Assembly (NCBI GenBank): GCA_019873685.1
Contig: JAIOAT010000001.1
Coordinates: 19,405-83,404 of the forward strand
Origin: Chloroflexota bacterium
GTDB taxonomy: Bacteria; Chloroflexota; Anaerolineae; Aggregatilineales; Ch27
DNA: 64,000 nucleotides
Direction of reading: 5' to 3'
The notes below the pieces were generated by a model. The model was given only the letters and a program-made list of their open reading frames with translations, was not told the DNA's origin and ran no database searches. The translations under genes and the position numbers were made by a program. This document shows, piece by piece, positions 56,694 through 64,000 of the stretch (the stretch's first letter is position 1; each line of letters starts with the position of its first letter).

Positions 56694-57998
56694 ATGCCTT
56701 ATGCAAAGCGTTTGTTGCTGCTCCTGATCTGGCTGGTTCCTCTGCTGCAACCTGTGCCGGCGTATTCACAGTCGCCGGAGTCTTCCTGCCCCCAGATCGT
56801 CCAGATCGCGCTTTCCATGGCGGACATACTGTGCCAGGCGATGGGCACCAACCGGGCCTGCTACGGGCACATGCTGGTGGACGCTACGCCGCGACCGGAT
56901 GTCACCGCGCTGGATTTCAACCAGGAAGGCGATATCGCTGATGTCCATGCGCTGCAGGCCATCCGGCTCAGTCCGATGGATCTGGAGATCGGTACATGGG
57001 GAGTTGCTCTGCTGAACCTGCAGGCATACCTGCAGTATGCGGCTCCGCAGGAAGTCACCTACGTTCTGTTTGGCGATGTTGAAGTCACCAACGCGGTCGA
57101 AGCCTTGCCAACGTTGTCGGCTACGGTCGCAACCCGCCAGTACGTCAACGTGCGGCTGGGACCGACGACCAATGCCGGGGTGATTGCCACATTGGCCCCC
57201 GGTGCCGTGGTCGAGGCCAAAGGACGGCTGGCTGACAATTCGTGGCTGCGGGTGCTGATCCCGGATACAGGGCGGGTTGGCTGGGTCTATGCTCCGGTTC
57301 TGTCGCTGGATGGCGACATTGAGGCGCTGCAGGTCATGGAAGCCTGGTCGCCATACTACGGGCCGATGCAGGCATTCTACTTCCGCAGCGGGGTCAATGA
57401 CTCAGTGTGCCAGGAAAGCCCACAGAGCGGATTGCTGATCCAGACGCCGGAAGGTGTGGCCGAAGTCACCCTGCTGGTCAATGAGGTCAGCATCCAGATG
57501 AACGCGACGGCCTACTTCCAAGCCCAGCCTGGCGGGCAAATGACGGTTGGGGTGCTGGATGGCTGGGCGGTTGTGGAGGCCAACGGGCAACGCCAACCGG
57601 TCTTTGCTGGTACACAGGTCAGGGTTCCGCTGGCCAGCAATCTGACGGCCAGCAGTGTCCCGACTGAACCGGAGCCGTATGTGGAGGAAAATCTGGCCGC
57701 GCTGCCGATCAGTTTGTTACGTCGTGAGGTGGAGATCAGTCCGGCGCTGACCAATGGTGAGATCACCGCTTTGCTGGCACTCTGGCGGAATCTGGTCAGG
57801 AGCGGGCAGCCGTTGACGTTTACCAGTCTGTACACAGAGCAAAGCTTGGCAGAAGAAGTCACTGTGGCAGGGGATAGTACCAGCAGTGGCAGCGCACCGG
57901 ACGCGCCACCCGGTTTGGACGGCGTGCTGCCACCAGGTTGGGGGTCAACGCCGCCGGGGCAGGGGGGTGTGCCGCCTGGACAGGGCAAGAAGAACTGA
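56694..57998 (+). CDS. secreted SH3b-domain protein with PPGQ-type tail
   Basis: Signal peptide; Cys-rich N-domain; YVNVRLGPTTNAGVIATL...GRLADNSWLRV...GWVYA (SH3b); tail PPGWGSTPPGQGGVPPGQGKKN. Confidence 0.82.
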   Translation: MPYAKRLLLLLIWLVPLLQPVPAYSQSPESSCPQIVQIALSMADILCQAMGTNRACYGHMLVDATPRPDVTALDFNQEGDIADVHALQAIRLSPMDLEIGTWGVALLNLQAYLQYAAPQEVTYVLFGDVEVTNAVEALPTLSATVATRQYVNVRLGPTTNAGVIATLAPGAVVEAKGRLADNSWLRVLIPDTGRVGWVYAPVLSLDGDIEALQVMEAWSPYYGPMQAFYFRSGVNDSVCQESPQSGLLIQTPEGVAEVTLLVNEVSIQMNATAYFQAQPGGQMTVGVLDGWAVVEANGQRQPVFAGTQVRVPLASNLTASSVPTEPEPYVEENLAALPISLLRREVEISPALTNGEITALLALWRNLVRSGQPLTFTSLYTEQSLAEEVTVAGDSTSSGSAPDAPPGLDGVLPPGWGSTPPGQGGVPPGQGKKN

Positions 57999-58004
57999 TG
58001 CAGC

Positions 58005-58037
58005 AAGACCGGCATCCGCGCAGGATGCCGGTCTTTT
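58005..58037. terminator. intrinsic terminator between convergent genes
   Basis: AAGACCGGCATCC-GCGCA-GGATGCCGGTCTT-TT; perfect 13-bp stem. Confidence 0.85.
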
Positions 58038-58086
58038 GCTTTAGCCCGCCTGACATGCTTTCCAGGGCAGCGAGTGCACCTGGCGT

Positions 58087-58977
58087 CTAGTCGTTCTCAT
58101 TGTCGTTATCATTTACGTTGTCGTTATCGCTGTCATTGTCGTTGTCAGAATCATCGTCGTTATCATTGCTGCTCGTTCCACTGCCTGCGTTGTTGCCTGC
58201 GGGCTGGCTGGCAGGCCCGATCTGCGTGGGGGCAGGGGCGATCGTCGTTGTGGTTAGTACCTGTGCTGGAAGGAAGATCGTCTGTCCGCTGATGATCAGG
58301 CGGGCATCAGACAGGCAGTTGACCTCCATCAGACGTTCTAGGGTTGTGCGGCTGCGGGTCGCCAACCCTGACAGGGTATCGCCGGGCTGGATCGTGTAGC
58401 CGATCCAGCCATCGGGCGGCAGTGGCGCACACACCGTAGTTGTAGCGCGGGCCGTGATGGTTGGGCCGGGTGTGACCGTGATGGTCGGCGTTGCAGACGG
58501 CGTGGGGCTGGATGAGGCCGTTACTGTTGGCGAGGGCGTGATCGTGGGTGTGTGGATTGGATTGGGCGTTCTGGTAGCTGTCGGAGGCAGCAGGGTGCTG
58601 GATGGCACAGCTGTGAGCGTTGTCTCCTGAGTACGTGGCTGGAGAGTGGCAATCCTGCTGGAAAGGACGACTCCGAAGATCAGCAGCAGACTGGCGACCA
58701 TGGCCAGGGCGGGATAGCGCCGCCACGCCGGGCGTTTCCGGTCTGGCTGGCGCAGCGCCCGCTCGATCTGCGGGCGTACGCGCTCACGCGCGGCCAGAGT
58801 CTCCTGTGCGGAGGCGCGGCTCCGCCTGACCAGCAGGCCTGAAGCCAGCAATGGACGTAATTCTGCCGCATGCTGTGGGTGGCGGCGCAGGCATTCTTCC
58901 AGTGTGTAGCCCGCATTCAGCCGGGTGATGCAATCCTCCAGAGCATTGAGCAAGTCGACTTCGTTCACTCTAATCAC
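58087..58977 (-). CDS. putative anti-sigma factor: cytoplasmic N-domain, TM, Pro/Thr linker, LysM, Asp/Asn tail
   Basis: Overlaps the ECF stop; LEECLRRHPQHAAELRPLL N-domain; one TM; YTIQPGDTLSGLA...NCL....IISGQTIFLP is a LysM domain. Confidence 0.8.
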   Translation of the reverse strand: MIRVNEVDLLNALEDCITRLNAGYTLEECLRRHPQHAAELRPLLASGLLVRRSRASAQETLAARERVRPQIERALRQPDRKRPAWRRYPALAMVASLLLIFGVVLSSRIATLQPRTQETTLTAVPSSTLLPPTATRTPNPIHTPTITPSPTVTASSSPTPSATPTITVTPGPTITARATTTVCAPLPPDGWIGYTIQPGDTLSGLATRSRTTLERLMEVNCLSDARLIISGQTIFLPAQVLTTTTIAPAPTQIGPASQPAGNNAGSGTSSNDNDDDSDNDNDSDNDNVNDNDNEND

Positions 58978-59542
58978 CCCGTCCTGCGGCCGTCAGCGCG
59001 ACGCGTAGATTGCTGGCCGCGCGGAACTGCAGCGATTTGATGGCGCTGATGCTGCGGCCCATCACCGCGGCGGTGTCTTCCAGGCTGAGCATCTGGCCGA
59101 AGCGTAAGATCAGGACCTCCTGCTGGTCAGCGGGCAGCGCCCGCAATGCCTGGCGAACCTGCTGGCTGTCGGCGCTGGCGGCGAAGCTGGCTTCTGGATC
59201 GCTATCCGCCTGGGCCGGGATCCATTCGTCAAGAGCGGTGGTGGTCAGCTGCTTCTCACGCCCGTAGTGGTCATACAGCACATTGCGGGCAACCCTGAAC
59301 AGCCAACCGCGCAGGCTGTGCCAGGGGGCATTGCCGCCCCGTAACGCAGCAATGAGCTTCAGAAACACCTCACCGGCCAGGTCCTCGGCCAGGGCCTCAT
59401 CCTCAACACGCATCCGGATGAACTGGTAGATCGCTTCGAAGTAGCGGTCGTAGATTTCGGCGATAGCCTCCCGGTCACCGCGGCGTGCAAGCGCCAGGAG
59501 CCTGTCTTCAGTTGGAAGGTCGGGCAGCACCAGGATGATCAT
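58970..59542 (-). CDS. ECF-subfamily sigma-70 factor
   Basis: GDREAIAEIYDRY, AEDLAGEVF, WLFRVARN, LRALPADQQEVLILRF and MGRSISAIKSLQFRA motifs. Start about 59542; the track ORF is over-extended. Confidence 0.94.
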   Translation of the reverse strand: MIILVLPDLPTEDRLLALARRGDREAIAEIYDRYFEAIYQFIRMRVEDEALAEDLAGEVFLKLIAALRGGNAPWHSLRGWLFRVARNVLYDHYGREKQLTTTALDEWIPAQADSDPEASFAASADSQQVRQALRALPADQQEVLILRFGQMLSLEDTAAVMGRSISAIKSLQFRAASNLRVALTAAGRGD

Positions 59543-59654
59543 CGCGTTCTGGCCCAGAGCGGTCGTTGCCGTGAGAGACTCAGCGTTGCCCCAGTGTAAT
59601 CTGCCCGGGACACGGGCGCTACCGGGGTTCACTAGAGACTGCATGGCTCGAGGC

Positions 59655-61175
59655 TCATGGCTGCACGTTGCCGGCAAGCTCTGCCGGTAGAACTTCCCAG
59701 ACAACACTGTAGGTATCCCGGTAGACCAGCTTCAAACCCGGATCGGATTCCGCGCGGGCCGCGAATTCAGGATGCCGAGTGTCGCTGACGACATAGGCCG
59801 CGCCGAAATCCCGGTGGATTGTGGCTGATGGCTGCTCCACCTGGCCGCGGGTAATCGCCACCCAGGAGTCCCAGAGCTGTCGGCTGGCGCGCTCCAGGTA
59901 AGTCGGATCCAGGCCGACCAGGTAGGTGTTGTGGGTGTTGTGGTAGAAGAGGCGGGTGAAGTCGTCCCAGTCGGTCTGGAAGACCAGCGATCCGGGTGAG
60001 GAGTGTTCGGCCAGCCACGCCGCTGCGCCTGCATGAGTCGCCGGATCACTGACATCATCCAGTGACCGGTGCACGGCAGCCACAGTCAGGCCGATCGCCA
60101 GCGCTGCGCTGGTCAACGCTACGCCGCTTGCCAGGCGGCGAACCACCCCTGGGTCGGGCAGCCAGTCGCGAAGGGAGAGGTCGCCCCTTCCCCAGCTTGC
60201 TGCTGCAAAGAGCAGGGCAAACGCCGGATAGTACTCGATGAACCGCCGCGAGCGAAAGAGCATCGCCAGTGTCAGCAAAGTCACCAGCAGCAGGGTGGTT
60301 TCCACCCGGTCGCGCCGCCCGCCGAAGCTTGGTCGCAACAGCCCCAGCGCGAGCGCCAGCAAGGCTCCCCCTGAGTTTTCCAGCAACGTAGCGGTCTGGT
60401 AGGGATACCATTCGTTGCCCACCCGGATACCACTCTCAAAAGCCACTTTGGCGCCCAGATGTTCCGCAATGAAGACGATATTGCGCGGGAAGTACGGGTT
60501 GATTACCAGCCCCAACCCGACGCCGGTGATAGCGTAAACCACCGGCCGAACGTCCAGGCGGCGGTCAGCGATCCATTCGGCCAGCACAGCCAGCGCGGCA
60601 AAGGCCACGATCAGGATAAAGCCGTCGTACAGCCAGGTGTAAGCGAAGGCTATAACCAGCAGCCATCGGTGACGCCGCTGGAAAAGCGCGTGCAAACCCA
60701 GGATCAGCAGGAGTAGCGCGGTGGCCTGTGTGCGGATCATCAGCAGCCGGTGCAGGAAGGGCACTGACAGGCCGAACAGGGCGAACGCCCATAGCGCCGC
60801 GTGGCGCGTTCCGATGCTCCGCAGCAATGCCCAACCGGCTGTGAACGTCCCCGCCACGATCAGGGCCTGAGCGATTTCGGCGCCGATCATACCACCCAGG
60901 GCCACCCAGGGCGCCAGAAATAGGTGATACAGCAGGTGGTGATCCACGAATCGGTCAGGACTGAGGATGGTGTGCGGCAGCCAGATGAAGTCCAGGGCAA
61001 GACGGCGCTGGGCGATGATCTCCGCCGAAATGCGGGCGTGATAGTAGTCATCTGTGCCAGGGAAACCCGGCGTAGTCAGTAGCAGGACGGCAGACAGGGC
61101 AAAGCAGAGCAGAAAGAACAGGGCGCCCTGCATTGTCACGGGCAGGCGTTGGGGGAGCGATCGCGTCTGTAGCAT
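59655..61175 (-). CDS. GT-C-fold membrane glycosyltransferase with STT3/AglB-like features
   Basis: GTDDYYHAR in the first external loop, about 11-13 TM helices, and a C-terminal soluble domain VFQTDWDDF...LVGLDPTY...FGAAYVVSD. Confidence 0.7.
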   Translation of the reverse strand: MLQTRSLPQRLPVTMQGALFFLLCFALSAVLLLTTPGFPGTDDYYHARISAEIIAQRRLALDFIWLPHTILSPDRFVDHHLLYHLFLAPWVALGGMIGAEIAQALIVAGTFTAGWALLRSIGTRHAALWAFALFGLSVPFLHRLLMIRTQATALLLLILGLHALFQRRHRWLLVIAFAYTWLYDGFILIVAFAALAVLAEWIADRRLDVRPVVYAITGVGLGLVINPYFPRNIVFIAEHLGAKVAFESGIRVGNEWYPYQTATLLENSGGALLALALGLLRPSFGGRRDRVETTLLLVTLLTLAMLFRSRRFIEYYPAFALLFAAASWGRGDLSLRDWLPDPGVVRRLASGVALTSAALAIGLTVAAVHRSLDDVSDPATHAGAAAWLAEHSSPGSLVFQTDWDDFTRLFYHNTHNTYLVGLDPTYLERASRQLWDSWVAITRGQVEQPSATIHRDFGAAYVVSDTRHPEFAARAESDPGLKLVYRDTYSVVWEVLPAELAGNVQP

Positions 61176-61200
61176 GGTGTGTGTTCCAGGTCTCCGGCGG

Positions 61201-61256
61201 CAACCGGGTGGGGTGGGTGGAAGGAAACAGGCTCACCCTTCCACCCGCCGGTTGCG
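61201..61256. terminator. hairpin downstream of DUF5666-LysM gene
   Basis: CAACCGG..GGGTGGAAGG-loop-CCTTCCACCC.CCGGTTG. Confidence 0.5.
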
Positions 61257-61267
61257 ATCAACGACGA

Positions 61268-62470
61268 TTAGTCATCATCCTCGTTGTCCGAATGCTCGTC
61301 ATTGTCGTTGACATTCGCGTTGCGGTTGTCGTTGCGATCATCATCTCTGTTGTCGTTCGAATTCGCTTGGTTGTCATCGTTGTCATTCCAGTTATCGTCA
61401 TCCCGGTTGTCATTGTTGTTGTTCATGAGGTTCATAGCAGGCTGACGGGGGACGAAGATTTGCTGGCCAACCCGGATGAGCCGCGTGTTGGTAATGCAGT
61501 TGGCGGCGACCAGTTCGCTGATCGTGCTGCCCGCGCCCCTGGCAATCGCCGAGAGCGTATCGCCGCGGCGAATGGTGTAGGTTGTCCAGCCGGCAGGCCG
61601 AGTCACGACACAATTCACAGGGACGCCGGTATTGGAGTTGAGGTTGTCGTTGGCATTGCTGTTGTTGTCATTATCGTTGCTGTCGTCGTCCGAGTTGTCA
61701 TTTTCAGCAGTATTGTCGTTGAAGACACTACGCGCCCGCTCGACTTCGTGCGCTACCAGCTGACCGTCGCTCAGAGTGACCTCCAGCTTGACCAGTGCGC
61801 CAATCATGAGGTTGGCATCCACTTCGGCGTTGCGGACATCGATAATCTGACCGCCAACGACGACAAAGCCATCGCCGATTTCCTCGAGTGTGCCGACAAT
61901 CTTGAGCCGCTTGCCCTGCAGGAATTCAGGGCTGTCGTCCTGCCCGCTGTTATCATCAGCGCTGGAATCGCTCCGGGCAGGGACGTACAGCTCAAGTTCG
62001 CGGGCGACCCAGGTGTCGCCACCGCCCGGAATGGCATGTAGCTTGACCAGCCCACCAACGACCACCCCCGCCTTGATTTCAGCGCCAACAGTGCTAACGG
62101 ACAGACCCGCCACGACAGCCTGGTCGCCAGTCCAGGATTGCAACGTGCCGGTCAACTCAAGCTCGCCGGGTTGCAGCCCTGAGCGAGTTGCCCGCACCTG
62201 CCGCGCCTGAACAATGCCCTCAGGAAGAAGAACGCCTTCGACATACACTGTCTGTTCCAACGTCAAGGGCGTGGCGATCGCTGCCAGGCTGGTATCGATC
62301 AGTAACCCGTTCACGGTGATGGTGGATAGCGTCATCCCTTCGACGGTGCCCAGAATCTCAATGGCGTTGGCTCGATCGTCGCTCTGCGCAAAGGCCGCCT
62401 GAACGCCGAGAAAGGCGATCAGCAACACCCCCAGAACTGGAACCAAACGGCGAAAGAACGTGGAAACCAT
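61268..62470 (-). CDS. secreted protein: 3x DUF5666, Asp/Asn linker, LysM, Asp/Asn tail
   Basis: ATG 62470 follows AGGAGG; signal peptide; three (I/L).G.v....i.V.G..i.....a.i....G..V..e......A..i repeats; YTIRRGDTLSAIA...NCI....IRVGQQIFVP is a LysM domain. Confidence 0.85.
   Translation of the reverse strand: MVSTFFRRLVPVLGVLLIAFLGVQAAFAQSDDRANAIEILGTVEGMTLSTITVNGLLIDTSLAAIATPLTLEQTVYVEGVLLPEGIVQARQVRATRSGLQPGELELTGTLQSWTGDQAVVAGLSVSTVGAEIKAGVVVGGLVKLHAIPGGGDTWVARELELYVPARSDSSADDNSGQDDSPEFLQGKRLKIVGTLEEIGDGFVVVGGQIIDVRNAEVDANLMIGALVKLEVTLSDGQLVAHEVERARSVFNDNTAENDNSDDDSNDNDNNSNANDNLNSNTGVPVNCVVTRPAGWTTYTIRRGDTLSAIARGAGSTISELVAANCITNTRLIRVGQQIFVPRQPAMNLMNNNNDNRDDDNWNDNDDNQANSNDNRDDDRNDNRNANVNDNDEHSDNEDDD
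61271..61430 (-). repeat. Asp/Asn-rich low-complexity coding tail
   Basis: NNNNDNRDDDNWNDNDDNQANSNDNRDDDRNDN...EDDD; similar tracts at about 61630-61720 and 58090-58150. Confidence 0.85.
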
Positions 62471-62645
62471 GTTGACCTCCTGTAAGGCTCTCGAAAAGAA
62501 ATCCGGTGACACGGTCACCATTTACGACAATACCGACGTGAAAACTAGGAAAAAGTTGCGCATTAACCAGTGGGACTTTAGTCCTGCCAGTGCGGAGAAG
62601 GGTGATCGTCTGTGTAGTAAAAAGGGGGGAGAGAGGAAGAATCAC

Positions 62646-62677
62646 GAGGGCCGGCTGCTGTTGCAGCGCCGGCCCTC
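62646..62677. terminator. hairpin immediately 3' of tRNA-Phe
   Basis: GAGGGCCGGC...GCCGGCCCTC 10-bp stem. Confidence 0.55.
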
Positions 62678-62679
62678 TG

Positions 62680-62752
62680 TGCCGAGGCCCAGACTTGAAC
62701 TGGGGACCCCTTGATTTTCAGTCAAGTGCTCTACCAACTGAGCTACCTCGGC
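62680..62752 (-). tRNA. tRNA-Phe (GAA), CCA not encoded
   Basis: GCCGAGGTAGCTCAGTTGGTAGAGCACTTGACTGAAAATCAAGGGGTCCCCAGTTCAAGTCTGGGCCTCGGCA; acceptor, D, anticodon (CTTGA-CTGAAAA-TCAAG) and T arms all pair. Confidence 0.97.
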
Positions 62753-62765
62753 TTGAGATGCCTGT

Positions 62766-62793
62766 ATTTTAGCGTTTCCCTTCAGGATGTCAA
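62766..62793 (-). promoter_or_regulatory. tRNA promoter TTGACA-N16-TAAAAT
   Basis: Plus strand TGTCAA at 62788-62793 and ATTTTA at 62766-62771. Confidence 0.75.
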
Positions 62794-62862
62794 TCGTGAA
62801 TTGGCCAGTTTTCCGGCGGTAGCCCTGCCTGAAATCAGCCGGGCGGGAGGCCGTGGCCGGTA

Positions 62863-62871
62863 TGCTATAAT
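62863..62871 (+). promoter_or_regulatory. extended -10 TGcTATAAT
   Basis: Perfect motif upstream of the 62943 ORF. Confidence 0.6.
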
Positions 62872-62942
62872 AAGGCCGCGCCGGCTGCAATTGTCGCGCT
62901 GTTCCATTTCGATCCAGCCGGTGGTTAGGCTGTGAGGCAGCG

Positions 62943-63608
62943 GTGATGGCCCGGTCTATCCGAGGAAGCGGCGGCACATCCCATTCGGTACAGGGACAGT
63001 CCGCTATCAGTGCTGCAAAGGGCAGCTATTTCGCCGCCGAGTCGGATGACCGCAACGCGCCGGAAGAAAGTCCACAGCCATTGCCAGATGCCGAATCTCT
63101 GGATTGGGATCGGCGGTGCCGCACGGCGCTTGTTGTTGTCGATCAGCCCGACCTGGCGAAGGTGATCGTCGGGGCGCTGGCGCGGCTTGATGTACGGGCG
63201 TTGCTGGAATCACAGGCGGATCGGGCGCTGCAGGCGATCGCCGTGCAGCGCTTTGACCTTGTTCTGGTAGATGTCGATCTCCAACCAGATGGCTGGAAGG
63301 TAGTGCAGGCGATTCGCTCGCGCCTGCCTGTATTGCCCTGGCCGCTGATCTTGCTCGTTGCGCCTGACGCTGTGATTGATGACCGGCGACAAGGCCGCGC
63401 CGATCAGTCTGTCTGTTTGCGTAAGCCGATAGCCGCTGATGACCTGGAGCGCGCCGCTGCAGGTGTGCTGGGTGGCCGACCATTGCACCGGCAAACCGGC
63501 AGACCAGAGGGGCAGTTGGAGGGATGCTCAGATGCCCGGAGTGATCATGCCCGGATCGAGCCGGAAGGGACCGAGAACGCAGCCAGCAGCTTGAAGACCG
63601 GGTGCTAA
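62943..63608 (+). CDS. atypical receiver-domain protein
   Basis: ALVVVDQ...FDLVLVDVDL..DGW.VV..IR...LILL...RKP pattern; N- and C-terminal extensions look disordered; start uncertain. Confidence 0.6.
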   Translation: MMARSIRGSGGTSHSVQGQSAISAAKGSYFAAESDDRNAPEESPQPLPDAESLDWDRRCRTALVVVDQPDLAKVIVGALARLDVRALLESQADRALQAIAVQRFDLVLVDVDLQPDGWKVVQAIRSRLPVLPWPLILLVAPDAVIDDRRQGRADQSVCLRKPIAADDLERAAAGVLGGRPLHRQTGRPEGQLEGCSDARSDHARIEPEGTENAASSLKTGC

Positions 63609-63614
63609 CGCGAC

Positions 63615-64000
63615 ATGTCAGGAAAGCTCAGGTCAATAATCCGCCGGATGGTGTTGACGCTGCTGGTGGCTCTTGCGGCAACCGGGCTGACCGGAAGCGC
63701 GTTAATGCGTCAGTCAGCGCAGCCTGCTCCCCATGACAGCAACCCGGCTACCCTCATCTTTGATCTGACAGTTAGCCGATATGACAGTCCGGATGCCCGG
63801 CGACACGGGGCACTGGCTACGGCCTATGCTGCTGCTGGCAACGACGCTGCGGCGATCGCCCATTTGTACGTAGCCGCAGTGGAGAGCGACGATCCTGCAC
63901 TGTGGCGTCAGGTTGCTGATCGCGCCTGGCAGAGTCAGCGCTGGGCGCTGGCACGCCAGGCGCTGGAAGCGGTGATTCGCCAGTCACCAGAAGATGCCTC
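63615..64000 (+). CDS. exported/membrane-anchored TPR-like protein, N-terminal part (runs off window end)
   Basis: Manual translation MSGKLRSIIRRMVLTLLVALAATGLTGS...LATAYAAAGNDAAAIAHL...LWRQVAD.AW..QRWALARQALE..IRQSPED: signal or TM segment plus helical repeats. Confidence 0.7.
   Translation, partial: MSGKLRSIIRRMVLTLLVALAATGLTGSALMRQSAQPAPHDSNPATLIFDLTVSRYDSPDARRHGALATAYAAAGNDAAAIAHLYVAAVESDDPALWRQVADRAWQSQRWALARQALEAVIRQSPEDA

Noticed and set aside
56500-62752. Genomic island integrated at tRNA-Phe
   Set aside because: No integrase, no duplicated tRNA 3' end seen, and no evident compositional shift.
1-64000. CRISPR array, IS elements, prophage, rRNA
   Set aside because: No regularly spaced direct repeats, transposase, integrase or phage motifs, or rRNA-like sequence found by eye.

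Overview
High-GC bacterial chromosomal window. Gene content and protein styles (Pro/Thr-linker surface proteins, DUF5666/LysM proteins, sortase fusion, extended -10 promoters) suggest Chloroflexota, probably Anaerolineae; this is inference. I see no mobile element, CRISPR array or rRNA. Housekeeping content: partial Ser/Thr kinase, a nucleoside-type ABC transporter, transglutaminase-like protein, polyprenyl synthase with a GbsR/MarR regulator, rdgB, dnaN, rmlC-like epimerase, SurA/PrsA, rsmI, PduO-type adenosyltransferase, a complete 10-gene shikimate/aromatic operon, tkt and tRNA-Phe. Most notable: (1) a 3450-aa surface protein with about 25 DUF11/Ig-like repeats showing a co-varying Lys/Asp/Asn isopeptide triad, an LPATG sorting motif, a two-helix membrane hairpin and its own C-terminal sortase domain (candidate self-sorting adhesin); (2) an unannotated Phe/Tyr-rich leader peptide with antiterminator and terminator upstream of the aro operon; (3) an archaeal-style mre11/sbcD-rad50/sbcC-nurA-(HAS barrel)-herA operon; (4) an envelope cluster with an ECF sigma factor, a LysM-bearing anti-sigma candidate, an STT3/AglB-like GT-C protein and a DUF5666-LysM protein; (5) an ABC ATPase with a two-TM insertion; (6) a metallophosphoesterase with no canonical start codon. 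All family assignments come from motif recognition by eye, not database searches.
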